Shown piece after piece: positions 1-12,974 of a DNA stretch of 64,000 bases. The number at the start of each line of letters is the position of its first letter. Within the stretch, counting starts at the first letter, position 1. The stretch covers positions 30,442,001 through 30,506,000 of the forward strand of contig OX597836.1 of NCBI GenBank assembly GCA_951406725.2, given 5' to 3'. Below the pieces are notes generated by a model. It had not been told where the DNA came from and ran no database searches. It saw only the letters and a list, made by a program, of their open reading frames with translations. A program made the translations under genes and the position numbers. The DNA is from Octopus vulgaris. Lineage: Eukaryota.

Positions 1-310
1 AGGACATTCTTTTAATGACCTCACAAATCACAAATCCCTTCAGGTAGATGGCCCTGCTCAATCTGTAGAAAAGGCATAAGTAGAAACTCCATAAGATGTA
101 CTCGGTGTAAGCTATGGACCACATAAGAAGTGCAGCAATATAAGAGGAAGGTTAATAAAGAAAATAGCTTTTGTGTGTGGAAGATGCACAGGTACAATAA
201 ACATTGAAAATGTACAGAAAATAGACTCCATCAACTGCTGGGTGGGGGGGTGGGGGAAGAAGTTGGAGGTAGTAGATAGCTTCCATTATCTAGGTGACCA
301 AGTCAGTAGC
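1..310 (+). mobile_element. Decayed RTE-clade LINE ORF fragment (Cys/His finger plus RT C-terminal YLG motif)
   Basis: Translation with frameshifts gives GRWPCSICRKGISRNSIRCTRCKLWT-HKKCSNIRGRL..FVCGRC..LEVVDSFHYLGDQVSS. It is homologous to the copy at 26458-28132. Confidence 0.85.
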
Positions 311-1787
311 AAAGGCTCTACTTGTGAGTAGAATAGGCAGAAGCCCATTTTACACACACATACATACATGTGAAATATCCCTGTAACAATTACAATTTTC
401 TTCAAAAATGTGGACAGAGAAAATATAGTGGAACACACACACAGATAGATGGGCAGACAGTAATATAAATAGATTGACAAACATTAATATAAATAGACAG
501 GCATTAATATAGTCAGATAGACAGAGAGACAAACAGAAAGATATTGATAAAATAAATACCAGAAAGAAAAAAATACTGGGGTGAATATGATGAACTAAAA
601 CCACTGAAGGTGGTACACCAGCATGGCCACAGCTCAATGATTGAAACCAGAAAAAGGATAAAAAAATAAAATAAAAAATTTGCAGAGCAAAGAATGATTT
701 ATGAATCAACAAAGAAATAATTTAAGATAAAGACATTTTGTGAATCATAAATTTAGAGGAACCTTCAACCGCTGGCAACATTGAAAAGACATATTACATG
801 CGAGCAGTAAATTTGGAGGTACACCATATACCATAGCAGCATTGGAAAGACGACAGTTTGTGAACAGTAAATTTGAAGACGACTTCAGCCAATGGCATCG
901 CTGGAAAGCATTTGTTAAAATTCATATGCTATATTTTAAAGGTAATAAATCTCATAGAAAATATTCTCCTTTGCCAAGTAACATCAGAGACAGACACACT
1001 AACACACAGACTAAGAAGAAAAACATTAATAACCCTGTAACAATTACAATTTTCTTCAAAAATGTGAACAGAGAAAAATCTAGTGGAATATTTTATTAAC
1101 TATCTACTTAGTTGCCAAGAGAGATAACATTATTTTAATTACAAAAGTCGTATTTCAATAAATTTATCTGCCTAAATAACCTAATTATGGGCGAATAAGT
1201 CATAAAGTGGCTCAGTGATTGTCATTTATGTGGATCAGATAAATTAATTTTTCCATAAAGACATTCTTCGCTATTTTACAACTAGATAGATAGGCCAGTA
1301 AATCTTAATTATTTCATGTTGATATTTATCTGGAAGACTTCTACTCGTTATCATCTCTCATTAATTCAACTTCTTTCTAAATTATAACTGCTTTTATTCA
1401 ATTGATGTTTTAGAAAATGAAAAGCCATGCCATCATGACAGGATTTAAAGCATGAATCCTCAGACTTCTTAATTATATTAGATTATAATCGACATGGGTG
1501 TAGGCGTGAGTGTGTGCTTTAAAGAAACACATACTCCAGGTTCCAGGTTCAATCTTAATGCATGGCACCTCAAACTAATACCTACCTTAGCCTCAGGTTG
1601 ACAAACACAAATACCTTGCAGTATTTAATCTACCCAAAGTATGTGTCTTTTTTAAGGTGGACTTAACTATTCCATAAACAGACTACCAAAAATTAAGTAG
1701 CAGCCAAAGTATTGGTGATTAATATAGAATCAACCAAAATTCTTGAGGCCCCAACGTACTTACAGACTGAAGGCGTAAACCAATAAA

Positions 1788-1995
1788 ATCATCATCATCT
1801 AATGTCTGTTTTCAATGCTGGTATGGGTTGGACAGCTTGACAGGAGCTGACCAGCTAAAGGGCTGTTCAAACTCCATGTCTGTTTTGGCATGGTTTCTAC
1901 GGCTGGATGCCCTTTCTTATGCCAACCACTTTACAGAGTGTACTAGGTGCTTTTACACAACACCAGTACAGGTGCTTTTTACATGGCACCAGCAT
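1788..1995 (-). mobile_element. RTE-type 3' tail fragment
   Basis: Minus strand ends ccaacccataccagcattgaaaacagacattagatgatgatgat, the same tail as the LINE at 26458-28132. Confidence 0.7.
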
Positions 1996-2104
1996 TTATG
2001 AGCCATCAAGATTAGAGGTGCTCAGCTGGAGAGGGTTGCATGGGAAAAGCCTGTATGTAAGGGCAACCACGCTTGAAAGGGAAAAATAATGTATTCTATC
2101 ATAG

Positions 2105-2645
2105 TTGCAGGCATGGCTGTATGGTAAGAGGTTTGCTTCCTAACCACATGATTTCAGATCCAGTCCCACTGTGGGGCACCTGGAGCAAGTGTCTACTATA
2201 GCACCAGGCTGACCAAATCCTTGCAAGTAGATTTGGTAGATAGAAACTGAAAGAAACCTATTGTGTACATGTGTGCTTTAGTGTCTGTTCCCACTACTGC
2301 TTGACAACCAGATGTCCCAGAAAATTAGCAATTTTGCAAAAGAGACTAATGGAATAAGTATCATCATCATCATCATTTAACGTCCATTCTCCATGCTAGC
2401 ATGGGTTGGACGGTTCGACTGGGGATCTGGGAAGCCAGAAGGCTGCACCAGGCTCCGGTCTTATCTGGCAATGTTTCTACAGCTGGATGCCCTTCCTAAC
2501 GCCAACCACTCCGTGAGTGTAGTGGGTGCTTTTTATCAGATTAAAAAAAAAGTCCTGAAGTTGATTTGTTCAAATAAAATCACTTGAAGGTGGTGCTCCA
2601 GCTTGGCTGCAACCAAACCACTGAAACAAGTAAAAAATAAAAGAT
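2105..2645 (+). mobile_element. SINE family A, interrupted by an RTE-tail insertion
   Basis: Head gcaggcatggctgtatggtaag; 3' end ggtggtgctccagc..gaaacaagtaaaa. Split at 2361-2537. Confidence 0.8.
2361..2537 (-). mobile_element. RTE-type 3' tail inserted in SINE A
   Basis: (cat)n followed by ttaacgtccattctccatgctagcatgggttggacgg; CpGs are retained. Confidence 0.8.
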
Positions 2646-2779
2646 ATCTGAAGTCTGAATGAGGGACAGACTTAGTTAAAAAGCTTTCTCTAGGTAGAGA
2701 GATCTTAAACATTATCAGCTTTTTCATCATGATTGACATGGGAAAAACATTATCATTAATAATGAGAATAAGGACAGGA

Positions 2780-4040
2780 AAGTCTAAAGAAAAATACAAA
2801 AAGACAGGATGATCAAGGATGAAATTTCTTTGATCACAAGTCTGCTTCATCAGAAACGACCCAGGGCTAAACAATGACAACCAAGAGAACCTTTATATCA
2901 GGCAGTGATAACTTTTTCCAAGAAGCAGGCCACATGAGACATGGCTTGTCATCAGACAGGCTTTACTACTCAATAAAATTCGAGGTAATTCTTCATTAGG
3001 CATGCCATTCAGTAAGTCCCCCCAGGCCACAGATTGCCCATGACTCCTCTATATAGCTGCTCAACTTGCTAGAAATAGCAGCTAAAGTTATCACAGAGCA
3101 CACTCTACTTATAAACAGAGTGGGATACTTTGGACAGTGGAGTTCTTAATAGCAAAAAGAAATGGTGACCTTGAAAAGAACTTCTTCAATTATACATCCG
3201 CTTTGGCATGGAACAGCAACCATTTTATTCACTAATTACAGCCAATTTATGGGTTATTATCTCTTGTTAAATTAATTAAAAATCCAAGAATTTAAGTGGG
3301 TGCTGATGGATTCTTTGATAGCTACAATGATGAATCCACTCTGTCATCATTCGAATTGCTAGGAATAGCAGTTAAGTCACTGTCAGGTCACATTGTACAA
3401 TAGTTGTCCTACAGAACCAGACCTATAACCATAACTCATTGTAGTTTTAGATATAGAAAGAAGACAGGATAGACGTAGCTAAAATATTTTTTCATCGTAG
3501 AGTCTACTCAGTTAAAGCTAGCCTATGATACAACATTCTGAGAAATCATCTTGGAAAGACAGGATGGTCAAAGCTGGAACTTACTTGATCATAAGCTTGT
3601 TTGATTAGCACTGAACTCAGATTTATATATTAAATCTATGAGAATATATATTGATGTCAAGCTTCAGAATTCAGAAAATCAAGACATTCCAACTTTGACC
3701 ATGCCAACTTTTACATATCTAGGAGTAGATTATTTAATGTATCCTTTTTATATGATGGTAGGGTGTTTGAGGAATATTTGCTATTCCTGCAGGTCAAGCA
3801 ACTACATAGGGACTCTTTCAGCTCATGAATAGGTTTAATTGCTGTTGTTGATTAGCCCCAGATGAGCCCCGATTTAATAGACATATGATCAAAGGCATTC
3901 CAGTTGTGTCCACCTAATCTTTTATTCAGGCAATCAACATTATGCAATGTGTCCTTCCAGTTTTTAAGACAATAGTTGGATGCGATTTGAAGAGATTCAT
4001 TGCTTTCTGCAAGTGAAGCAACATCAGAGAGAGCACACCT
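2780..4040. repeat. Cluster of family H interspersed repeats in both orientations
   Basis: Recurrent motifs ttgctagaaatagcagc, acaggatggtca..gctggaatgcctttgatcata and ggggctaaacaac. The family recurs near 10235-10670, 11700-11860, 14020-14200, 40110-40240, 43660-43790, 51985-52165 and 59745-59850. Confidence 0.65.
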
Positions 4041-4191
4041 CACAGTAAACTATACAGAGGTTTTTGAAGGACAGGTTGGAGAGAAAGCAAATGACTTTGT
4101 GAGTGAATATGTATGACACCTCATCACTATTGTTTGTTATCTCTTCAGAGATACTACTGATTCATTCTCACTCTCTTCTCTAAATGTGAGT

Positions 4192-4497
4192 TGTTGTTTG
4201 TTCCTTCTTGAGCCACGCCTGGCTCATAAGGGCCGGCTTCCCGGTTTCTTGACGTATAGGTTCCCCACCAGGACGGGACGCCGGTCCATCGCAGGTGAGC
4301 TGCAAGATGCAGGAGGGAAGAGTGAGAGAAAGTTGTGGCGAAACAGTCAGCAGAAGTTTCGCCGTTACCTTCTGCCAGAGCCACGTGGAGCTTAGGTGTT
4401 TCGCTCATAAACACACACATCGTCCGGTCTGAGATTCGAACCCGCGATTCCTCGACCGAGAGTCCACTGCTCTAACCACTAGGCCATGTGCCTCCAC
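4192..4497 (-). mobile_element. SINE family C, tRNA-headed, full length with TSD
   Basis: A box tggcctagtgg, B box ggttcgaatc, aac-rich tail; 8-bp TSD atgtgagt at 4184-4191 and 4498-4505. Closely similar to 13170-13460. Confidence 0.92.
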
Positions 4498-4599
4498 ATG
4501 TGAGTAGTCATGTAGCTCCTTTACATCAAGAACCTGCTCTACCACAACTCCTTCTCTCATACCTTAATTTCCATCTAACATAAGGATGTGACCCACCTT

Positions 4600-4835
4600 C
4601 CCTAGGTCTTGTACTTTTGTGAGCTACATGACAACTTTACTGGGGCTGGTGGCATGGAAAAAGCACCCAGTACACACTATCATGTGGTTGGCATTAGGAA
4701 GGGCATTCAGTCATGGAAACCATGCCAAAGCAGACAATGGAATACAATGCAGTCCTTAGACCTATCAGATCCTGTCAAATTGTCCAACACATGTCAACAT
4801 GGAACATGGACAGTAAATGATGATGTCAATGATGG
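4600..4835 (+). mobile_element. RTE-tail SINE-like fragment
   Basis: gtggttggcattaggaagggcatt..catggacagtaaatgatgatg tail. Confidence 0.7.
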
Positions 4836-5639
4836 TGTGTGTATGTATGTGTGTGTATAGGGCTAAGCTTATAGAGAGTTAATTGTAACTAGATCATTTG
4901 AGTAAATGTAACAAGATTATCTAAGTAACCAAAATAGGTAAAAACTCTCTGTAAGGATTAACTCTGAATGAGTAATATCGACCTTGTATCTTAAAATGTA
5001 CTGAGTATTTCTTTGAATGGAGGTTCTTCCAGTTTCATATCTGTGAATATCCAACTCACCCACTGCCACACATATATGCATATGTGTGTGCACGCACATG
5101 TATATCATCATCAGAGAAAGAGAGAGAGAGAATATATCTTGATAGTAGGGGCAGTGTTTAAGGAAGATGGTATTTAAAAGAGAATAAGGAGTTTACACCA
5201 TCTGGGCAGATGGCATTTTTCTGAAAGCATTAAGTGTGGGTGGGGAACGTGATAGAGTCGGTGGTGCTGATAATAGTGGGTGGTGAGGCAGGGAGGGGCC
5301 TTACATGTGCACGGTAACAGGTGCACGAGCAATACTATAATGTTAGGAGAGGAGGGACAATTTGTGGTGGTGGTTGGTGGTGGTGACATTGGAGGGTCGG
5401 TTGGTGAGTGCGTGGGTGAAGGGGTGGGAAGGGTCTATTTATATTCATACACACACAAAATAAATAAATAAACAAATAAAGTTGTGCGTTTGTTTGCTTG
5501 TTTTTTAAGCAGGAATTCAACAAGTGAAAATTATTAACAAACATTTTATCATCCATAGTGGTGGTGGTAGTGGTGGTGGTGGTATTGATGGGGGCAGAGA
5601 AAAGATGGAAAGAAAGAAGTAAAATATTTAGTTCTTAGT

Positions 5640-5889
5640 GCTACGACTACTACTACTATCACAACAAAAACTATTGCTGCTGCTGCCACTACTACTACTG
5701 CCACTACAACTACTACCACCACTACTACAACTACTACCACCACTACTACAACTACTACCGTTACTACTACTACTACTACCGGTATTACTACTACTACTAC
5801 TACCACCGGTATTACTACTACTACTACCGCTATTACTACTACTACTACTACCGCTATTACTACTACTACTACTACTACTACTACTACCG

Positions 5890-5920
<31 letters not shown>

Positions 5921-5921
5921 A

Positions 5922-5962
<41 letters not shown>

Positions 5963-5985
5963 AGCTGCTGCTGCTGCTACTACAG
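5640..5985. repeat. (CTA)n trinucleotide microsatellite with ccg, cca and ctg interruptions
   Basis: Seen directly; it produces the poly-L and poly-V ORFs. Confidence 0.95.
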
Positions 5986-6682
5986 ATGTTTGATATATTT
6001 CATGCAGATTTATCATGCAAGAAGAAAATTTAAGGTTTTTTTTCATTTTTCTTTTTTCCCTTTTCTTTTTTCCTTTTTTCTTCGTAATGCAATATGAGGA
6101 AACGAAATGAAAATACAAGGGCGGAGGGGGGGGAGGAATAATGACGGTGTTAAAAAAACAGGGAGTAAAAAGATGGAGTAATAAAAGGGAGTAAAGACTG
6201 TTGTGAATGGGACTAAAGATTGTTGTGAATGGGCGAACTAAAAGCCAGATGCCAGATGCTGCTGCTGCTGCTGTTTTTAGGGGAAAAAAATTCCAATGGA
6301 ATATGAGACAAATTTGGGTTGGTAGGTAGATGGCGAGGGTGGCATGGGGGAGAGAAATAAATTCATGTAACTTTCCATTATTATTATTGTTGTTGTTGTT
6401 GTTATTAATGCATTCTAATGGTGGTGTCATATTTCAGTTTCCAAGGCCCATACATAAGAAAGCTGTTATAACTATTAGGAAAAGAAATTACTAATGCATA
6501 TATTTAAATACATAACGCAACTAAATAATATTCAGTAAGAGCTTTACCGCTTCTCCTTCAAACCCCCCAACCCCCACTCTCTGTGCCCCACTGCCACCGT
6601 TCCTTTCCTCTCTCTCCTCTCTATCCTCTTTAATCTTGCCGGACGGGAATTGTCGGATGTTGTATATAAAATGTTGTAAGAG

Positions 6683-6960
6683 ATACATACATACATACAT
6701 ATATATATATATACACACACACATATATATATACACACACACACACATATATATATATACACACTCACACATATATATATACACACTCACACATATATAT
6801 ATATATACACACTCACACATATATATATATACACACTCACACATATATATATATATACACTCACACATATATATATATATATACACACTCACACACATAT
6901 ATATACACACATACACACACATATATATATATACACACACATATATATATATACACACAC

Positions 6961-7015
<55 letters not shown>

Positions 7016-7325
7016 CACACACACACACACATATATATATATATGTGTGTGTGTGTGTATGTATGTATGTATATTTGGGTGAGAGTGAGGAAGCAACAGG
7101 GGGAGACATGCAAATGAGTATGCATGTGCGAGTGTGTTGAATAAGTTGTATATGTTTGTGTGCATATGTGTTTTGTATGTGTATGTGTGTGGTAGTATGT
7201 ATGTGAGAGAGAATGCATATGAGTTTGAATATGTCAGTATGTAAATATATCTGTGTATGGGCATATATGCATAAGAAAGTGTATGTGTCTACATATAAGA
7301 TTGTGTATATATGTATATGTGTATG

Positions 7326-7364
<39 letters not shown>

Positions 7365-7390
7365 ATGTACACACACACACATATATATGT

Positions 7391-7423
<33 letters not shown>

Positions 7424-7515
7424 CGTACATATGTACATTATATATATATATATATATATAAATACACACATGTTTGTACATAAATGTACAATTGTGTGTA
7501 TATATATATATATCA
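6683..7515. repeat. Compound (TA)n/(CA)n microsatellite
   Basis: Seen directly, with a repeated acactcacac(at)n unit. Confidence 0.95.
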
Positions 7516-7884
7516 GGATGTGAGAGTTTGTGTGTACATGTGTGATAGTATGCATGTTAGCATGTAAGAATGTGCACATATGTAGTGTATGTATGTGTGT
7601 ATGCGAGAAAGAGAGAGAGAGAGAGATTGCATGTGTGAATATGAATAAACATTAAAAATAGAAATGAAAGTAAATGGATACAAAAACACATTATTTAAAA
7701 AACCAAAAAAAAAAAAGAGACATATAGGACCTGAATGCATGTATGGAGTTGTGGTGAATGCTTCTGAGATAATCAGGGAAGGTGCAATTAGGTAAGTGGA
7801 AACGACATGAAAAGGATTGGAGAAAAAAAAGTGAGGACTTCTTTATGGAAAAAAGTCCTTAATTAAGTAGTATATATTTTGTGT

Positions 7885-8120
7885 TTTACCTGTTTTTAAA
7901 ACCAGTGGACTGTAACCAAGCTGGGGCACTGCCTTGAAGAGATTGAATCGAAAAAAATCAACCTCACTACAGAGGGTCGTTTGTTGTTTTTACTTTTAAA
8001 GTCTGGTGCTTATTGTGTCAGAATCTATTACCAAACTGCTAAGTTATGAGAACGTAAACAAACTAACACCAGTCGTCAGGTGGTGTGGGAGTGACAAACG
8101 CAGACACACACACACACATA
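7885..8120 (-). mobile_element. SINE A, 3' half
   Basis: aactgctaagtta..gtaaacaaactaacaccagt..gacaaacgcagacacac. Confidence 0.7.
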
Positions 8121-8124
8121 TATA

Positions 8125-8495
8125 TGTAGGCACAGGTGTAGCTGTGTAGTAAAAAATTTGCTTCCCAATCTTGGATTCAGTTCCAAGGCATGGCACCTTG
8201 GGCAAGTGTTTTCTACCACAGCTCCAAGCTGACCAAAGCCTTTAAGTGGATTTGGTAGACAGAAACTGAAAGAAACCTGTTGTGTGTATGCATGAGTGTG
8301 TGTGTGTATTTGTCACCTACCACCACTTGACAATGGTGCTGGTTTTTTAATGCCCCATACATTAGCAGTTTGGCAAAAGAAAGTGAGAAAATGAGTCCCA
8401 AGCCTTAAAAAAAATGAGTCCTGGGGTCAATTCATTCTACTAAAAACCATTCAATGTAGTGTCCAGCATGGCTGCAGTCTCCTGACTGAAGCAAT
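8125..8495 (+). mobile_element. SINE A
   Basis: Head, ggcaccttgggcaagtg core and cagtctcctgactgaa tail. Confidence 0.85.
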
Positions 8496-8509
8496 ACACA
8501 CACACACAC

Positions 8510-8668
8510 AGAGGCTTCTCCAGTTTCTGTCACCAAAATTCACAAGGCACTGGTAGGTCCAGGACTATAGTAGAAGACACCTGCCCAAAGTGCTGCGTAG
8601 TGAAACTGAACCAGAAACCACATGGTTGCAACACAAGTTTTTTAACCACACAGCCATACCTGCACCTC
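8510..8668 (-). mobile_element. SINE A, 5' half
   Basis: ctatagtagaagacacctgcccaa..ccacacagccatacctgcacc. Confidence 0.75.
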
Positions 8669-9077
8669 TTTTACTTTTTTACTTGTTTCAGTCATTTGAC
8701 TGTGACCATGCTGGAGCACCGCCTTTAGTCGAGCAAATCGACCCCAGAATTTATTCTTTGTAAGGATAGTACTTAATCTATTGGTCTCTTTTGCCGAACT
8801 GCTAAGTTACGGGTACGTAAACACACCAGTATTGGTGGTCAAGCGATGTTGGGGGGACAAACACAGACACACAAACACACACACACATACATATGTATAT
8901 ATATACATAGATACGACGGGCTTCTTTCACTTTCCGTCTACCAAATCCACTCACAAGGCTTTGGTCAGCCCGAGGCAATAGTAGAAGACACTTGCCCAAG
9001 GTGTCACGCAGTGGGTCTGAACCCGGAACCATGTGGTTGGTAAGCAAGCTACTTACCACACAGCCACTCCTGCACCC
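8669..9077 (-). mobile_element. SINE A, full length and low divergence
   Basis: Closely similar to 12530-12947 and 44094-44515: tRNA-like head, ccttgggcaagtg core, central (TG/TA)n, gaaacaagtaaaa tail. Confidence 0.92.
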
Positions 9078-9501
9078 ATGTATATAAATTATTACTATTG
9101 CCACAATATCAGGAAATACACATAGAACATTTTTAAAAAGACACTAATTAGTAATCCATAATTTCTGTCTAAATATTTTAAACAAAACCTGAGCCATTTC
9201 TATAGAGGGCAGCCAAATCTCCCACATATCACATTTTGCTGTCAGTGTGAAAAGAAACTAGCAAGGAAGGTGTTATGTTGGACTGTTAGAAATAGCACTC
9301 AAATCTCATGTCTCATGGTTATAGTAAATATAGCGATGAGGGAGCCACCTTATTGGATTTTGGTAAAGAGCTCTGTGTTGTCAATTGGTACTGAAAAAAC
9401 CAAAAGAAGAGATCAGAAGTGACGAGATCAGAGTCGTTCATGATGGGGATTAAGAGATATCATACGCAATCAAGAAAAACAATGTTATGCTAAAGACCAG
9501 T

Positions 9502-9918
9502 ATGATGATGATGATGATGATGATGATGGAAATGATGATGATGGAAACGATGATGACGATTGTGAGAATGATTTATTTTATATAAAATAAAGGAACTGGC
9601 TATTTTCATCATCATTCTTCGTCTTCTTCCTCATCATCATTAATCATCATCATTCACTATCATCATTTACCATCATTTATCATCATAATTTACCATCATC
9701 TTCATTTATTAACATCATCATCGTTACCCCCTCATCACCATAATGGTCACCGACAACAATGACGACAATATTGGTGATGAGAATGATGAGAAGATGACAG
9801 TGATGATAATGACAGTAATGATGACTACTGATGATAACGATGACGATGATGGCGATATTGATTGATGACATTAATGGTGATGACAATATTGGTGTTAAGA
9901 ATGATGATGATGATGAAG

Positions 9919-9950
<32 letters not shown>

Positions 9951-9990
9951 GAAGATGACGACAACGATGATGATGATGATGATGATGAAA
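9502..9990. repeat. (GAT)n / (CAT)n / (GAT)n low-complexity tract
   Basis: Seen directly; the orientation switches twice. Confidence 0.9.
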
Positions 9991-10394
9991 GAGAAATAAA
10001 TTAGCTGGAAACGGTTCCGTTTCTATTCACTTTGACACGTTTTCATGAATTATTTCTAATTAACTACATTAATACCTCAACAGAGGTTAGAGTACATGAT
10101 TTCTCACAAACGAGACTGTAATTGAAGTCAGTTTGGGAAGCTTTCAACAGTATGTTGGTATTTACAGACGTTTATATACACACACATACATACACTCACA
10201 TATATACAATTTTAGTTTGCTTTTATGTGAAATTTATTGTCGTTGTTTAGTCTCACATCAGTCCGAATCAAGCAGAACTATGATCAAAGGCATTCCAATC
10301 ATGACCATCCTGTCTTTCATTCAAATATAAATGTATCTAAATGTATCACATTATCCAAAGTGTTTTAATGTTTCAATGTTTTTAGTCATTCGCT

Positions 10395-10590
10395 CACTTA
10401 CTCATGCTCAATGGGGCTAGGGTCATCCCAGGCTAATGGTCACAAAAGCATCATCATACATAGAGTGGACTAGATCCACCAGTGCCCCACCTGCCATTGT
10501 TGGTGGTCTCAAGCGAGCCCTTTTACATCCTCCAAGATGATGTTGAGCCATTGGAGATCTTCCTAAATCATGCCCAGCCATCTCAATGTT
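10395..10590 (-). mobile_element. Old RTE-like LINE C-terminal remnant
   Basis: Translates TLRWLGMI*EDLQWLNIILEDVKGLA*DHQQW, resembling the RW.D.I.EDL..LA.DR..W end of RTE ORFs. Confidence 0.5.
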
Positions 10591-10949
10591 TTTAAGATTG
10601 TTTACTTTGAGAAGGATAGGATTTAGCTGTTATTTCTAACAGGCTGATAAAGCATGTAGAGGATTCCTCTTCGACTTGTGTGAATTTTATCATAACACCA
10701 AATGTACTACTCCAACAACCTCCTAAAATCTCCATCTGTCTCACTTGGCTCAGACACATGAACAAGAAAAATAGAGGTAACTGACTCCCAAACATTCTCT
10801 CGAGATACACCAATAATCAGTATAGATGAACAGAAATATTGTGCCCAGACGAAGTCCATCATGCCCCATGTCCACTAAGGCCACCTTCAGAATCTATAAT
10901 CATATAAGAATAGATTAGACAGTCAAGCGAGTTCAATATGTAGAATGGT

Positions 10950-11545
10950 TATAGGCACAGACATGGATGTGTGGTTAAGAACTTTGCTTCCTAACAACAT
11001 GGTTTTCAGGTTCAGTCCCGTTGTGTGGCACATTGAGCAACTGATGTCTCCTACAGCCCCAGCCCAACCTAAGCCTTGTGAGTGGATTTAGTAGAGAGAA
11101 ACTGAAAGAAGCTTCTTGAAGAGGAGATAACCACTTTGAAATGCATGCATCTCACAGTCTGCTTAGGGAAGGTTGTGGACTGATTCAGTGTATTTACACC
11201 TATTCATCAACAACAAGAAATTTTCTCCATGACAAAATACAGTGAACGGCTTTCTTACAAGTTTGAATATGCGTCAAAGCATATTTCAACTGGTAAGAAG
11301 TTTATGTAATATATGTGTGCATGCTTGCGTGCATGCAATTGTTTGTGTCTCCTTGTCTTGACACTGCATAATGTTGTAAATGAATGCCATTCACTTCCAA
11401 CATTCTGTGAAAACATGTCTGGCTATGGAGAAATAGGCGAGGGTTGGTAACAGGAGGGGCATCCAGTCACTGAAAATTTACCTCAATAAACTCTGTTCAA
11501 CCTATGCAGGCATGGAAAAGCAAACATTAAAATGATGATGATGAT
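10950..11545 (+). mobile_element. SINE A head with RTE tail, carrying an internal insert with a hammerhead-like motif
   Basis: A head to about 11113, unrelated insert about 11115-11310, then tail catggaaaagcaaacattaaaatgatgatgatg. Confidence 0.75.
11116..11151 (+). ncRNA. Degenerate hammerhead-ribozyme-like motif
   Basis: UUGAAGA-GGAG..CUUU-GAA-AUGCAUGCAU-C. Stem III is palindromic, C3 is mutated and stem I is not evident. Confidence 0.4.
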
Positions 11546-12529
11546 ATCACACCTTATGACTCATCACGTTGTCAGAATGTGCAGTAAGGTCCTAGGTTAG
11601 ACAAAAAAACAAGGTATAAATGAAAATATGAATCATATGCTGTGCATTATTATTAACCCATAGAGTAGGTCAATCAGAGATACATTAAGGGCTACACAAC
11701 AACAGCAATCTTGTATTATACACTATTACCTTAAAAAAATGAAGGGCACACTGGGTAATGTAATGCAAGAACCCCCCAAAAGTCGGCTGGTGATGCTAGA
11801 ATGCTTTTGAATATATGTTTCCAAAACAGAAACTAACTTGTGTTAAGCAACAACAGCAACCACCTTGAGTCAATAAGGGTATCAAGCATTTAACTGAAGG
11901 GTAGACAAAATTATCTTATGCTCAAACTATATTCTGGATTTTGATCAGTCCACTATAAATTCATTGGGGTAAATTCATGAGAATATATTACCTGAAATTT
12001 CATCACCTGGTAAATTTCATTGCCAGATAGAAACATAACAAGCCAAATACCTTGTCAGTAAATTCATTGTTATGCTTTTTTTTTTTAAATCCAGAGTGTA
12101 AATACATCATTAAACGTTAATTCAATTTTTCATTCACAGAATAAATGTCATGTTTAGTCAACAATGATAGTGAAATTCAAAGACAAAACGCTCCATCCTC
12201 TAATCTGGAAATTCATAAAAATCTTGAATAAAAGAACAATCAATGCATAAATAAATAATCAAATGAAAATACCAAATCTCAAAAAGAAATATACAGCCAG
12301 TGGAGTAAGAATTCAATGCAATGGCAATAAGTATCAGAATCACAAAACACTGGATTATTTTAAGAGGCAGAGCTTATATAATTTGAGCATTTTACAATGT
12401 TGCCTTCTTTCTTCCAATTTAAAATTGTGCAATATATTTTACTGCAATATTTTTTGTGATTCTATTTTTAAAAGTAACATTGGTTTTGTTTTTTTTTTCA
12501 TGTATGTATTTTGAGTAAATTTGATACTT

Positions 12530-12947
12530 TCTCTCTTTTACTCTTTTACTTGTTTTAGTCACTTGACTGTGGCTATGCTGGAGCACCGCCTTCAGTCGAG
12601 CAAATCGACCCCAGGACTTATTCTTTGTAAGCCTGGTACTTATTCTATCGGTCTCTTTTGCCGAACCGCTAAGTTACAGGGACGTAAACACACCAGCATC
12701 AGTTGTCAAGTGATATTGGGGGGACAAGCACAGACACACAAACATATACACACACGTCCATATATATATGTATACACATATACAACAGGCTTCTTTCAGT
12801 TTCCGTCTACCAAATCCACTCACAGGGCTTTGGTCAGCCCGAGGCTATAGTAGAAGACACTTGCCCAAGGTGCCAAGCAGTGAGACTGAGCCCGGAACCA
12901 TGTGGTTGGTAAGCAAGCTACTTACTATACAGCCACTCCTATGCCTA
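12530..12947 (-). mobile_element. SINE A, full length
   Basis: Closely similar to 8669-9077. Confidence 0.92.
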
Positions 12948-12974
12948 TATTGCTATTGATAATTTTTTCATCAT

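Noticed and set aside
4425-4497. tRNA gene (also 13390-13460)
   Set aside because: A and B boxes are present but there is no acceptor stem. The sequence continues into a SINE body flanked by TSDs.
5549-6430. 293-aa poly-Val ORF and the opposite poly-Leu ORF
   Set aside because: They are translations of the (CTA)n microsatellite, with no domain-like sequence.
6521-7579. YI/CV/HT-rich ORFs here and at 21385-21975, 28451-29659 and 34380-35119
   Set aside because: Dinucleotide-repeat artefacts.
9683-9964. Ser-rich or Asp-rich ORF
   Set aside because: Trinucleotide low-complexity artefact.
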